A DNA stretch of 64,000 nucleotides, taken from Candidatus Uhrbacteria bacterium. GTDB lineage: Bacteria; Patescibacteriota; Patescibacteriia; UBA9934. The notes under the pieces were generated by a model. It worked only from the letters and a program-made list of their open reading frames with translations, ran no database searches and was not told where the DNA came from. The DNA lies in assembly GCA_003518105.1 (NCBI GenBank), contig DOZH01000008.1, positions 122,128-186,127 of the forward strand, written 5' to 3'. Positions 46,189-55,134 of the stretch are shown piece after piece; position 1 is the stretch's first letter; every line of letters begins with the position of its first letter. Position numbers and translations under genes: made by a program.

Positions 46189-47358
46189 ATGAGTCAGTTC
46201 CCAACCTTGCGCACCAACCTCTGCCCAAGTCCTGATTTGTGCGGCAGCTGCGGCTGGTCCCACATCCCTTACGAAAAGCAACTCCAACAGAAACTTTCCG
46301 ACATCAACGGCAGCTTTGCTATTAAAAAGTTGCGCTACACGGTGGAAGAAATTATCGCCGCGGGCAAGACCGAGCACTACCGTAACCGCATGGATTTCGT
46401 CATCGACTTCCAAGGCAAGATGGGTCTCCGCGAAAAAGGTAAATGGTGGAGCGTCATTGATGACCACACTTGTTTCTTGGGCGACGTGAAGATTGAAGAG
46501 CTTTTCAAAATCACCCGCGACTGGACCAAGACTGCTGGTCTCACCTTCTTTGACCGCAAAGCTCATACCGGTTTGCTCCGTTACGCCGTCATCCGTGCCA
46601 CAAGTATTGGCGAGAGCATGATCACCGTGGTGACGAGCGCGCCAAAAGATGAAATTGAAAGATCTAGTGTCGTAAAAGCACTGCAAGATTTAGCCGAAGT
46701 CTCGAAAGCTACCACCGTTGTCTGGTCCATCAACCATACTATTACGGACGTCAGCTTCGGTGACGAACTCATTACTATCACTGGTGACGGCGTCATCAAC
46801 GAGAACATTGGCGGCGTAAAGTACCGTATCTCCCCGAACGCTTTCTTCCAAACCAACTCCCACATGGCCGCCGTCCTCTTGGACACCGTCCGCGAGTTTG
46901 CTGGCGACTTAACTGGCAAGACCTTAATGGACCTTTACTGCGGCACTGGTTTCTTCGCGGTTGCCATGGCCGGTCATGCTAAAAAGACCATCGGCGTCGA
47001 GCTCAACCCCGACGCTATTCGTGATGCCAAAGTCAACGCGGAAATCAACAAGGTGGACGTCACCTTCCACGACGTCGCCACCGAAAAGTTCGACTGGATG
47101 TCCCTCGGCGCCGACGTGGTCATTCTCGACCCACCACGCAGCGGTATGCACGACAAAGCCCTCGCTGACGTCATTGCCGCCAAGCCAGAACGCATAGTCT
47201 ATGTGTCCTGCAACTACAAGAACTTCGCCCGCGAATTACAGCAATTGCAGCTCCACTATTCCATCGAATCCATGCGCGCCGTGGACATGTTCCCCCACAC
47301 ACCCCATGTTGAGCTCATCACTTCCCTCCTCCGCCGTCCACCCGCAGTCCAAGCCTAA
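46189..47358 (+). CDS. RlmD/TrmA-family RNA (uracil-5)-methyltransferase with an N-terminal Fe-S Cys cluster
   Basis: CPSPDLCGSCGWSH then a class I SAM fold (DLYCGTGFFAVAMA) and a C-terminal catalytic Cys region. Confidence 0.8.
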   Translation: MSQFPTLRTNLCPSPDLCGSCGWSHIPYEKQLQQKLSDINGSFAIKKLRYTVEEIIAAGKTEHYRNRMDFVIDFQGKMGLREKGKWWSVIDDHTCFLGDVKIEELFKITRDWTKTAGLTFFDRKAHTGLLRYAVIRATSIGESMITVVTSAPKDEIERSSVVKALQDLAEVSKATTVVWSINHTITDVSFGDELITITGDGVINENIGGVKYRISPNAFFQTNSHMAAVLLDTVREFAGDLTGKTLMDLYCGTGFFAVAMAGHAKKTIGVELNPDAIRDAKVNAEINKVDVTFHDVATEKFDWMSLGADVVILDPPRSGMHDKALADVIAAKPERIVYVSCNYKNFARELQQLQLHYSIESMRAVDMFPHTPHVELITSLLRRPPAVQA

Positions 47359-47439
47359 CATTGCCAAAGCGGCCTGTTTCTGCTAGTATCATCTCTTATT
47401 TAATCGGCACTGAGTTATCTCGGTGACTACCTCAACTCT

Positions 47440-48297
47440 ATGAAAAAGTCCGGATTCGTCAGTATTATCGGAAGGAGCAACGTCGGCAAGTCAACCTTAC
47501 TTAACAGCTTGGTCGGCAGCAAAATCTCCATCACCACCCCAAAACCACAAACCACCCGTCGCCCAATTCAAGGCGTCATTACCACCAACCAGGGCCAGGC
47601 CGTCATTGTCGACACCCCAGGCTTCATGCAAAAAGCTCGTGACCCACTTACCCAAAAGTTAACCGGTTGGATTAAAGACGCCCTGCGCGACGTCGAACTA
47701 GTCATTTACGTGGTCGACCCAACTCGTCAAATTGGTGACGAAGAAAAGGCGGCTCAGCGTATGATTGAGCACGTCACTGTGCCTAAACTCTTGGTCATCA
47801 ACAAGATGGACGACCCAACCTACCGTTACAACGTCGACTTCTACCGCGACTTAGCTAAAAAGTTTGATGCCTACGTGGAAGTTTCGGCTTTAACCGGCAA
47901 GGACGTCAACCTCATTAAGCGCTGGATCTTCGACAATCTTCCTGAAGGCGAGGCTCACTACCCAGACTTCCAGCTCACCAACCAGAGCAACAAAGAATGG
48001 TTGAGTGAACTGATCCGCGAAAAACTCTTCCTCCGTTTGCGCGAAGAACTTCCATATTCAACGCACGTCGAGGTTGAGGATATCAATGAACGCCAGAACG
48101 GCATCGTCTACGTCAAAGCCACCGTCTTTACCTCCGCTGCTCGTTACAAGCCGATGATCATCGGCGTTGGCGCTCGTGGCATTAAAGAAATCGGCCAATC
48201 CACTCGCCGCGAACTCGAAGCGATTACGGACAAGAAGTATTATTTGGACCTGAACGTGGAGGTCGACGCCAGTTGGTTGAACCGCTTGGAGATCTAA
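47440..48297 (+). CDS. era: GTPase Era
   Basis: GRSNVGKST, DTPG, NKMD and a C-terminal KH domain. Confidence 0.95.
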   Translation: MKKSGFVSIIGRSNVGKSTLLNSLVGSKISITTPKPQTTRRPIQGVITTNQGQAVIVDTPGFMQKARDPLTQKLTGWIKDALRDVELVIYVVDPTRQIGDEEKAAQRMIEHVTVPKLLVINKMDDPTYRYNVDFYRDLAKKFDAYVEVSALTGKDVNLIKRWIFDNLPEGEAHYPDFQLTNQSNKEWLSELIREKLFLRLREELPYSTHVEVEDINERQNGIVYVKATVFTSAARYKPMIIGVGARGIKEIGQSTRRELEAITDKKYYLDLNVEVDASWLNRLEI

Positions 48298-48304
48298 AAT
48301 CACA

Positions 48305-49084
48305 TCACCGAACAAAAACATCTCCTGGAGGCGCGCCAGCCCTCCGGGAGTTGTTTTTTATTTCTTCGATAGTCTTACGCACCTTACGAGCAACGGTAAA
48401 ATGTGTTGTACTCGCCGCTTTCTCACCTTTAGTGTTATCGAGCTTAAGCTTGGCGTCAGCTTGCGTGATACGGAACAGATTAGCAGCTAATTCCGTCGAC
48501 CCAGCTCGGTCTAAAATATCATCACGTCCCAAGCCCTTCTTGGTTTTTATCTCATCGGCGGTGAGCCCGTACAAGCCGAGGTAGCCAGCGTTATTAAATT
48601 TACCGAAGTCTTCTACCCCAGCTTTCCTGGCCGTATCGAACAACTGTTTATTATAATTTGTCACTTGCTGCCGAGTGTAAAGCCGCTTCGTATCATCGTC
48701 CATGTTCTCAAACAATTCCTGTTTGCGAGTTTGGACGGCGAAGTAAGTTTGAGCGAAGGCGATAGCTGGTTTACGTGAATCACAGTTTTGTGCGATCAAG
48801 TAACAAGCAAAGCGGGAAAGATGATAATCCCTCAACGTTCTCTTCGTTTTAGAGCCAATGTCGACCATTTTGTCGGCGCCGACAAAATGGTCATTTACTG
48901 CCTGATTTGTTGAAACACAAGTAATCCTAGCTCGATCTATTGCTAGATTGAATTTACGCCATTCAATATAATCAAACAAAGGCATTAACTCTCTCGCCTC
49001 CCAATACTCATAACCAAACTCGTCGACCTTTTTGATTGACTCAAAATCCTTATGTAACGATACGGGAACGAGACCTGAATCCAT
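48305..49084 (-). CDS. dinD: DinD homolog, second paralog (259 aa)
   Basis: YWEARELMPLFDY..W.KF, LSRFACYLIAQNCD, FAQTYFAVQTRKQE and GSTELAANLFRITQ match E. coli DinD and the paralog at 24825-25649. Confidence 0.8.
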   Translation of the reverse strand: MDSGLVPVSLHKDFESIKKVDEFGYEYWEARELMPLFDYIEWRKFNLAIDRARITCVSTNQAVNDHFVGADKMVDIGSKTKRTLRDYHLSRFACYLIAQNCDSRKPAIAFAQTYFAVQTRKQELFENMDDDTKRLYTRQQVTNYNKQLFDTARKAGVEDFGKFNNAGYLGLYGLTADEIKTKKGLGRDDILDRAGSTELAANLFRITQADAKLKLDNTKGEKAASTTHFTVARKVRKTIEEIKNNSRRAGAPPGDVFVR

Positions 49085-49167
49085 AAGCTAAATAATGATT
49101 TGAGTTAGAAGTTTATTATAGCAAAAAGAGTCCGCCCGAGCGAACTCTTTCCATAGCTCCTTGAAAA

Positions 49168-49422
49168 TTAATCCTTTCTAACGATGCCGACTACAGCGCC
49201 AAAAACAGCTCCGAGAATAGTACCAATTGACATCGCACCAACAGAAACGTAGCTAACAAGTTGGTCGCCGTAACCAGATACGCCGAACTTAGCAATGAGG
49301 GCCATGATGGCGCCGAGCACGATGCCGCCGACCAAACCACACAAAGCGCCCAAGAAAGCGTGAATGACCATGCGGTAGAATGGATCACTGAATGTACACA
49401 ACTTCATATCACACATCTTCAT
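49168..49422 (-). CDS. small glycine-zipper membrane protein (84 aa or shorter)
   Basis: ORF track entry with GxxxG-rich helices. A terminator-like hairpin (49120-49148) follows it. Confidence 0.4.
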   Translation of the reverse strand: MKMCDMKLCTFSDPFYRMVIHAFLGALCGLVGGIVLGAIMALIAKFGVSGYGDQLVSYVSVGAMSIGTILGAVFGAVVGIVRKD

Positions 49423-49431
49423 AGGAAAACT

Positions 49432-50331
49432 TTAATAAGTTATAGAGGTTATTGTATACCCTGCCAAGGATTTTACCAGACTTAACGTAGAAAGCATAGT
49501 AAAACCAAGAGACAGTGGCTTGATTGAGACTTTAAGAATCAAGGGATTCTCAGGATTGGCTAAGATTACATAATTTGCTAAATCACTATTTGCCGTCACA
49601 GCGCGCACCACGGTCGAAGTGCCGTTAATATTCAACGTGTAATTACTCCAGTTCTCGTCGGCGGATAATTTAGTAATGTCGCTGTTCGTGGCCGCGGCAT
49701 TGCTAGCCACCTTGCCCTCGAGCTTAGCTAAAGCAGCGGTGACGTTACTGCTGAAGTTTTGCAGTTTTTCGAGCGTGCTGTCAAAAAGGCCGAGAGCAAT
49801 GTGTGAGGTGCGTGTGGTCGTTAGTTCGTCGTACTGGGCCCGCGACAACCAGAGAACGCTGTTCTGATCGCCCGTCACGTCGTAATCCTGCGCCGGCCAA
49901 TAAGCTGGTAGCAGAATACGCTCGGCGTTTCCAAGGCCATCTGTTTTGACCGATCCGGTGGTGTCGACATCGATGTAGACTGGGTCTGGAATTTTAGCAA
50001 TCTGACCAACTGGAACGTTGGCCGCTGCCGCCCGAGCTGCGACAGATTCCGCCGTTTCTTCGCGCGACTTAAGCGTCCACGACAGCTTCGCCGACTCCCC
50101 CGCTGTCCACTTATCGATAGTCACATTCCTCTGGCCATAGACTGGGTCTTGCGGCGTACTCACCCCAAACCAGTTTTGGGCAATGGTCAGGGTAGATCCA
50201 GCATGGAGTTTGGCTACGACGGCCGTGGTATCGTCAACTGGTTCTTGCTGCCAGGGCAAGCAGCCACTACCCATCGTAATAATCGATAATCCGAGGAGGA
50301 CAGCGTAACTAGCGCGGCGAATAATCTGCAT
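49432..50331 (-). CDS. hypothetical secreted protein or lipoprotein (299 aa)
   Basis: Signal peptide with ...ITMGSGC. Confidence 0.5.
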   Translation of the reverse strand: MQIIRRASYAVLLGLSIITMGSGCLPWQQEPVDDTTAVVAKLHAGSTLTIAQNWFGVSTPQDPVYGQRNVTIDKWTAGESAKLSWTLKSREETAESVAARAAAANVPVGQIAKIPDPVYIDVDTTGSVKTDGLGNAERILLPAYWPAQDYDVTGDQNSVLWLSRAQYDELTTTRTSHIALGLFDSTLEKLQNFSSNVTAALAKLEGKVASNAAATNSDITKLSADENWSNYTLNINGTSTVVRAVTANSDLANYVILANPENPLILKVSIKPLSLGFTMLSTLSLVKSLAGYTITSITY

Positions 50332-50332
50332 A

Positions 50333-50593
50333 TTATTTACTCAAAGCCCAAGCTTTGAGCGTGTCATAGTCAGCACTGCCGCAGATGTTCTTCTTGCTTT
50401 CTGTATTGTAGAAAAAAGGCACGCCACCGCATTCGCCAGTATCACACTTCTCAAGCAGCGCCGCGTTAGTCTCATTATTCCACACCTCGTACTTCTCTAC
50501 TGTCACACCAAGCTCCGCCTCCAACTGCGCCACTAATGGCTTCATAGTAATACAATGTGGGCAACTATCACCGTAAAATTCTTGCAAGGCCAT
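50333..50593 (-). CDS. glutaredoxin/NrdH-like thioredoxin-fold protein (86 aa)
   Basis: CPHC active-site motif near the N-terminus and a small thioredoxin fold. Confidence 0.6.
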   Translation of the reverse strand: MALQEFYGDSCPHCITMKPLVAQLEAELGVTVEKYEVWNNETNAALLEKCDTGECGGVPFFYNTESKKNICGSADYDTLKAWALSK

Positions 50594-50637
50594 ACGCTAG
50601 CTTATTTTTGGATTATTCGTCATACTTGTACCAATCT

Positions 50638-51267
50638 ATGAACAATCGTACCACAATTGGCTTAGCAGTAATAATCGTCGTTCTCGCAGTCGTCATTCTG
50701 GCTGGTCACCGCTTGGGCTATTTTTGGGCCGGTGGCGACGGAGTGATCACGCCCGAGACCACCGAACTAATCGACGTCTTTGCAGCCACCACAGATAGCC
50801 ACCAAGCCGACACCCCACTTCTCACCTGGTTGCCCGGTGAAATTATCACCACGCCGGCTGATCAATTTTTTGCACTCCGCACTAACGGGCCAACCAATGC
50901 GCCAGTTTTTAATCTGGACGTCAACTCACAATTAAAAATTGTAAAAACTGATGGCGACAATATTACGGTTAATCTGATTACTGGTAGACTAGTTATTGAC
51001 GGTAGAGTAACGGTCGCCGTACGCGATACTTCGATTGCAGTCGACGGGATTACGACGATCGTCAATTACAGCTGGCTCGATACGATGGACGTGAGCGTGT
51101 TGGCAGGTTCAGCTAATATTCACCAGGGGCAATACTCGACCGTGGTCAAAGAGAATCACGCCGTGAGCCTGGATACTCTAGCACCGTTTGAGGAGATTAA
51201 GCCGACAATTTTTAGTATTGATGCTGATACGGTAAAAACTTTTTACGATTGGGCGTTGGGGAGATAA
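50638..51267 (+). CDS. hypothetical membrane-anchored, beta-rich protein (209 aa)
   Basis: ATG at 50638 (MNNRTTIGLAVIIVVLAVVIL). The ORF-track frame begins at 50557 but would overlap the convergent gene. Confidence 0.5.
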   Translation: MNNRTTIGLAVIIVVLAVVILAGHRLGYFWAGGDGVITPETTELIDVFAATTDSHQADTPLLTWLPGEIITTPADQFFALRTNGPTNAPVFNLDVNSQLKIVKTDGDNITVNLITGRLVIDGRVTVAVRDTSIAVDGITTIVNYSWLDTMDVSVLAGSANIHQGQYSTVVKENHAVSLDTLAPFEEIKPTIFSIDADTVKTFYDWALGR

Positions 51268-51473
51268 AGTGGGCCAGAGCCTTGTAGAAGCGAGCGACTG
51301 TCGCATCTCGTGTGACGACGCGATGGCCGACCCGAGAAATGCTTGACTTGCGCTATTGGTTCCGTCAAGCAAGTCATCCTTTAAGCATTTCTGGGCTGAG
51401 GCCTTGAGCTAGGAACAGGAGATGCGGCGGTTGCGAGCGACGAGCCTTGGCCTGTACGAGTGAAGCTAGCGAT

Positions 51474-52841
51474 TTATAACTCGAACGTCTGCGTAATGCG
51501 CGGGATGGTGACGTCGGTAATACCCTGGGTTTTGAGGTAGTCGGCAAAGCGGGTTTTGATGTCGTGCTCACCGTGTGTCAAGAACAGTTTGGGGATAGCG
51601 CCGTGCAGTGGGTGGATAAATTTAGTTAGCTTGGTGCGGTCGCCGTGGGCTGAGAAGGCTTCGATGTTATGGATCGAGGCTTTGACGGTAATTTTTTTGT
51701 GGTAGATGTCGACCTCTTTGGCGCCGTCCTGAATTTGCCGGCCGAGGGTGAAGGCGGCTTGATAGCCAACAATCAGCACAGCAGCTTTTTCGTCGCCCAA
51801 ATAGCGCAGTAGGTGATGCAGAATACGGCCGCCCGACATCATGCCATTGCCTGCGATGATAATTTTTGGCCGGTGATCCACGTTGATAGCCTGCGATTCC
51901 TGTTGCGTCAACGTTTCATGCAAATTGGGGAAAGCAAAAAAGTCACCGTCATTGCTAGCTGGATGATCAAACACAAGATAAGATTTGCAGTCGCGATAAA
52001 TTTCCGTCGCCCGAATAGCGAGCGGACTGTCGAGATAAATTGGGACAGCGGGAATTTTCTGTTCACCCAGGAGAATGTCGAGTTCGTACAATAATTCCTG
52101 AGTACGCTCGATGGAAAAGGCTGGGATTAAGAGCGTGCCGCCGCGACCAATAACAGTGTTGACGACCTCGGCCAACTTGTCACTGCGCGTGCCCATATCG
52201 TCGTGAACTTTGTCGCCGTAGGTGGCCTCACAAATTAAGATATCAGCATGATCAAGCGGTTCTGTATCGGGCAGAATTGGCGTGTCGTCGTTGCCCAAGT
52301 CACCGCTAAACACGAGGCGTTCGGGTTTACCAGAAGCTGTTTCGTGGCCATCAATATCGAGCGAAATGTAAGAAGACCCAAGAATGTGGCCAGCGTCATG
52401 GAACATGGCGACGACGCCCGGCAAAACCTCCACCTGCTCGCCGTAGCTGACGCCTTTCATGTGGGCCAAGCAAGCCACCACGTCCGCCTCCTCGTACGGC
52501 AAACCGTGGCCACATTTGGCGGCTTGGTCACGCATGACGCTTAAGGAATCCTCGAGGACTATGTGGGTGAGACTCTTGGTGGGCGTGGTGGCGTAGATGA
52601 TACCGTCAAAACCATCGCGGACCAGCTTAGGCAAACGTCCAGTGTGGTCAAAATGAGCGTGCGTGACCAAAGCGACGGTGATAGCCGACGCGTCAAAGGG
52701 AAAGTCATCAAGGTTGGTGGTCGCGCAGGCTGACTCACCCTGCACTGCGCCACAGTCAATGAGTATTCTGCCCTTGCTTGTTTGCAGCAAAAAACAAGAA
52801 CCAGTCACTTGTTCAGTGGCGCCGTAAAAGGTGAGTTGCAT
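51474..52841 (-). CDS. MBL-fold beta-CASP ribonuclease (CPSF/RNase J-like, 455 aa)
   Basis: HAHFDHTG metallo-beta-lactamase motif, beta-CASP region, and a C-terminal RNA-metabolising MBL domain. Confidence 0.7.
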   Translation of the reverse strand: MQLTFYGATEQVTGSCFLLQTSKGRILIDCGAVQGESACATTNLDDFPFDASAITVALVTHAHFDHTGRLPKLVRDGFDGIIYATTPTKSLTHIVLEDSLSVMRDQAAKCGHGLPYEEADVVACLAHMKGVSYGEQVEVLPGVVAMFHDAGHILGSSYISLDIDGHETASGKPERLVFSGDLGNDDTPILPDTEPLDHADILICEATYGDKVHDDMGTRSDKLAEVVNTVIGRGGTLLIPAFSIERTQELLYELDILLGEQKIPAVPIYLDSPLAIRATEIYRDCKSYLVFDHPASNDGDFFAFPNLHETLTQQESQAINVDHRPKIIIAGNGMMSGGRILHHLLRYLGDEKAAVLIVGYQAAFTLGRQIQDGAKEVDIYHKKITVKASIHNIEAFSAHGDRTKLTKFIHPLHGAIPKLFLTHGEHDIKTRFADYLKTQGITDVTIPRITQTFEL

Positions 52842-52850
52842 ACAATTCGA

Positions 52851-53105
52851 TTATTCTTGGGGCACACGAGCCACGTATTCATCAAACCGACTCTTCAAGT
52901 GCGTCTCCTGACCTTCTGTATTCTGATCAAGGTCGAGGCCGCCAATGTCGATATTATCGTTAATAACGCTCTCAACTAGCGAATCATAACCTTCTTTATC
53001 TAAAACCATATCCAACTCGCCACGCTCCACAATTTGCTCAAACAATTCATCTTCGGTCATACGAGTGAAATCAATTATCGTGGCTACAGTGTACCACCTT
53101 GCCAT
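52851..53105 (-). CDS. small acidic hypothetical protein (84 aa)
   Basis: ORF track entry only. Confidence 0.3.
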   Translation of the reverse strand: MARWYTVATIIDFTRMTEDELFEQIVERGELDMVLDKEGYDSLVESVINDNIDIGGLDLDQNTEGQETHLKSRFDEYVARVPQE

Positions 53106-53136
53106 AAGTAAGAAAATCCGCTATCATTTCGCCCTT

Positions 53137-54171
53137 ATGGCAGCTCTAAATTGGTCAGAACTTCCCCGCCCGATTATCGCCCTCTCACCGATGGCGGATA
53201 TGACCGACTCGGCTTTTTGTCGTGTGGTTCAGGAAGTGACTGACGCCGGGCAACCAACGCCATCACCTCTAGTAATGTTTAGAGAAATGGTCTCTGCCGA
53301 AGCAGTCGTCCGCGGTAACGATAAGACGCTCGGCATGACCGCCATTCATGAGGCAGAGCGCCCACTCGTCCAACAAATCTTTGGTAGCGATCCAGTAACA
53401 ATGGCCAAGGCCGCCAGCATGATTGAAGCTGAGCACCACCCTGAAGGTTTTGACATCAACATGGGCTGCCCGGTTTATAAAATCGTGCACAACTTTAACG
53501 GCGCTGCGCTCATGCAGAATGCAGAACTCGCCGGCAATATCGTTCGTGCCATGAAGGCCGCCATTACCGTGCCACTATCGGTCAAAATCCGCCTGGGCTG
53601 GAGCGAGCCGACTGAGTGCGTCGCTTTTGCCCAAGCCCTCGAAGCCGCCGGTGCTAACCTCATTACCGTTCATGGCCGCACCAAACTCCAGGGCTACAGT
53701 GGCGTAGCTGATTGGCGCCAGGTCGGTGAAGTAAAAAAAGCTGTTAGCATTCCCGTCCTCGTCAACGGCGACGTTCACACGGCGGAGAAAGTCGTCGAGG
53801 CTCTCAAACAAAGTAATGCCGACGGTGTGCTGATTGCCCGTGGGGCGCTCGGCAACCCCTGGATTTTTGCCCAGATTAATGAGGTGCTGGCCGGTTTGCC
53901 CGTCACGCCGATCACGATTGGCGAGCGTCTGCGCGTTGTCCGTCGCCATCTAAATCTTCACCTGGAGCAATACGGCGAAGCGTCCGTCCCCACCTTCCGC
54001 AAGCATTTGTCCTGGTATTTCAAAGGCTTACCTCATATGAAGGATTATAAGGAGGGTATGATGAAGGCCTCGACCAGAGTTGAACTCGAGACTATACTTG
54101 ACTCATTCCTGGCGGCGCATAACACTACCGACACTACCAGCTACCGACCAGACGTCATTACCAAGAAATAA
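53137..54171 (+). CDS. dus: tRNA-dihydrouridine synthase
   Basis: LSPMADMTDSAFC N-terminus, a TIM-barrel FMN site, and the catalytic Cys region. ATG at 53137. Confidence 0.85.
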   Translation: MAALNWSELPRPIIALSPMADMTDSAFCRVVQEVTDAGQPTPSPLVMFREMVSAEAVVRGNDKTLGMTAIHEAERPLVQQIFGSDPVTMAKAASMIEAEHHPEGFDINMGCPVYKIVHNFNGAALMQNAELAGNIVRAMKAAITVPLSVKIRLGWSEPTECVAFAQALEAAGANLITVHGRTKLQGYSGVADWRQVGEVKKAVSIPVLVNGDVHTAEKVVEALKQSNADGVLIARGALGNPWIFAQINEVLAGLPVTPITIGERLRVVRRHLNLHLEQYGEASVPTFRKHLSWYFKGLPHMKDYKEGMMKASTRVELETILDSFLAAHNTTDTTSYRPDVITKK

Positions 54172-54177
54172 CCAGTT

Positions 54178-55122
54178 ATGAAGCTCGGCATTCTGACATT
54201 TAGTAAGACCAAAAAGGCCCTAGCGGTCGGCACCCTTAGTATTGCCCGCGAAGCTAAAAAGCGTGGCCATGAGGTGACTTTCCTCTATAGCAACAACGTC
54301 GGCCTCGTTTTTGGCAACGGTAAGCGCATTACCTACGAAGGCCAAAGCATCACGCGGGCTGACTTCGACGTTATCCTAGTCCGCCCTGGCTTCACCGGCG
54401 ACCCGAGTATCAACGCCAGTATAATTAAACAATTTCAGCTAGCTGGTTTTTACGTCATCAATAACTACTTAGCTGTTTTCCGCGCCAAGAACAAAATCCG
54501 CACCATGCAAATGCTCGATCACTTTGGCGTGCCAGTGCCAAAAACTCTCGTCGTTGCTAACCCAGCGCAAATTGCCGTGGCTGCCACAGAGTTTACCTTC
54601 CCTGTCATTATTAAAACTATTTTTGGCACACACGGCACTGGCGTTTTCATTGCTGAGAGCATGCGTTCCCTCTCCCCTATCGTCGACTATTTAACCAAAA
54701 AAGAACGTGGCCCCATTAAGTTGCAGGAATATATTGCGGAGGCTAAAGGTAAGGACATTCGCGCGTTTGTCTGCGGCAAACGAATTGTCGCGGCCATGGA
54801 ACGTGTGGCCAAAGAAGGAGAGTTCCGGGCTAACTTTCACAAGGGCGGCAGCGTTGGCAGTGTGGAATTAACCAAGCTCGAGCAACAACTCGCCATCAAA
54901 GCCTCACAAATCCTCGGTCTCGATATCTCTGGCGTCGACATTCTCCGCACCAACACCGGACCCAAAATCATCGAAGTCAACAGCAACCCCGGCCTCGAAG
55001 GCATCAGCAAAGCCACCAACATCCCGGTTGCCGAAAAAGTCGTAGACTTCATTGAGCACCGCCTGGCGTCCGTGGGCCTGAAGCAGGCTAAGCCGTTACC
55101 GAAGCGGAGGATGATGGAGTAA
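54178..55122 (+). CDS. RimK-family ATP-grasp ligase (314 aa)
   Basis: ATP-grasp motifs (PVIIKTIFGTHGTGVF, EYI...KDIRAFVCG, IIEVNSNPGLEG). The C-terminal tail SVGLKQAKPLPKRRMME is duplicated at 57438-57493. Confidence 0.8.
   Translation: MKLGILTFSKTKKALAVGTLSIAREAKKRGHEVTFLYSNNVGLVFGNGKRITYEGQSITRADFDVILVRPGFTGDPSINASIIKQFQLAGFYVINNYLAVFRAKNKIRTMQMLDHFGVPVPKTLVVANPAQIAVAATEFTFPVIIKTIFGTHGTGVFIAESMRSLSPIVDYLTKKERGPIKLQEYIAEAKGKDIRAFVCGKRIVAAMERVAKEGEFRANFHKGGSVGSVELTKLEQQLAIKASQILGLDISGVDILRTNTGPKIIEVNSNPGLEGISKATNIPVAEKVVDFIEHRLASVGLKQAKPLPKRRMME
55066..55121 (+). repeat. direct repeat copy 1 (56 nt). Copy 2 lies at 57438-57493 and differs only at six synonymous positions.
   Basis: Both copies encode ASVGLKQAKPLPKRRMME in frame. 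The final 23 nt are identical. Confidence 0.85.
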
Positions 55123-55134
55123 TTAACGATTAAT

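Noticed and set aside
46102-46686. 194-aa minus-strand ORF
   Set aside because: It is antisense to the RlmD-like methyltransferase gene and has no motifs.
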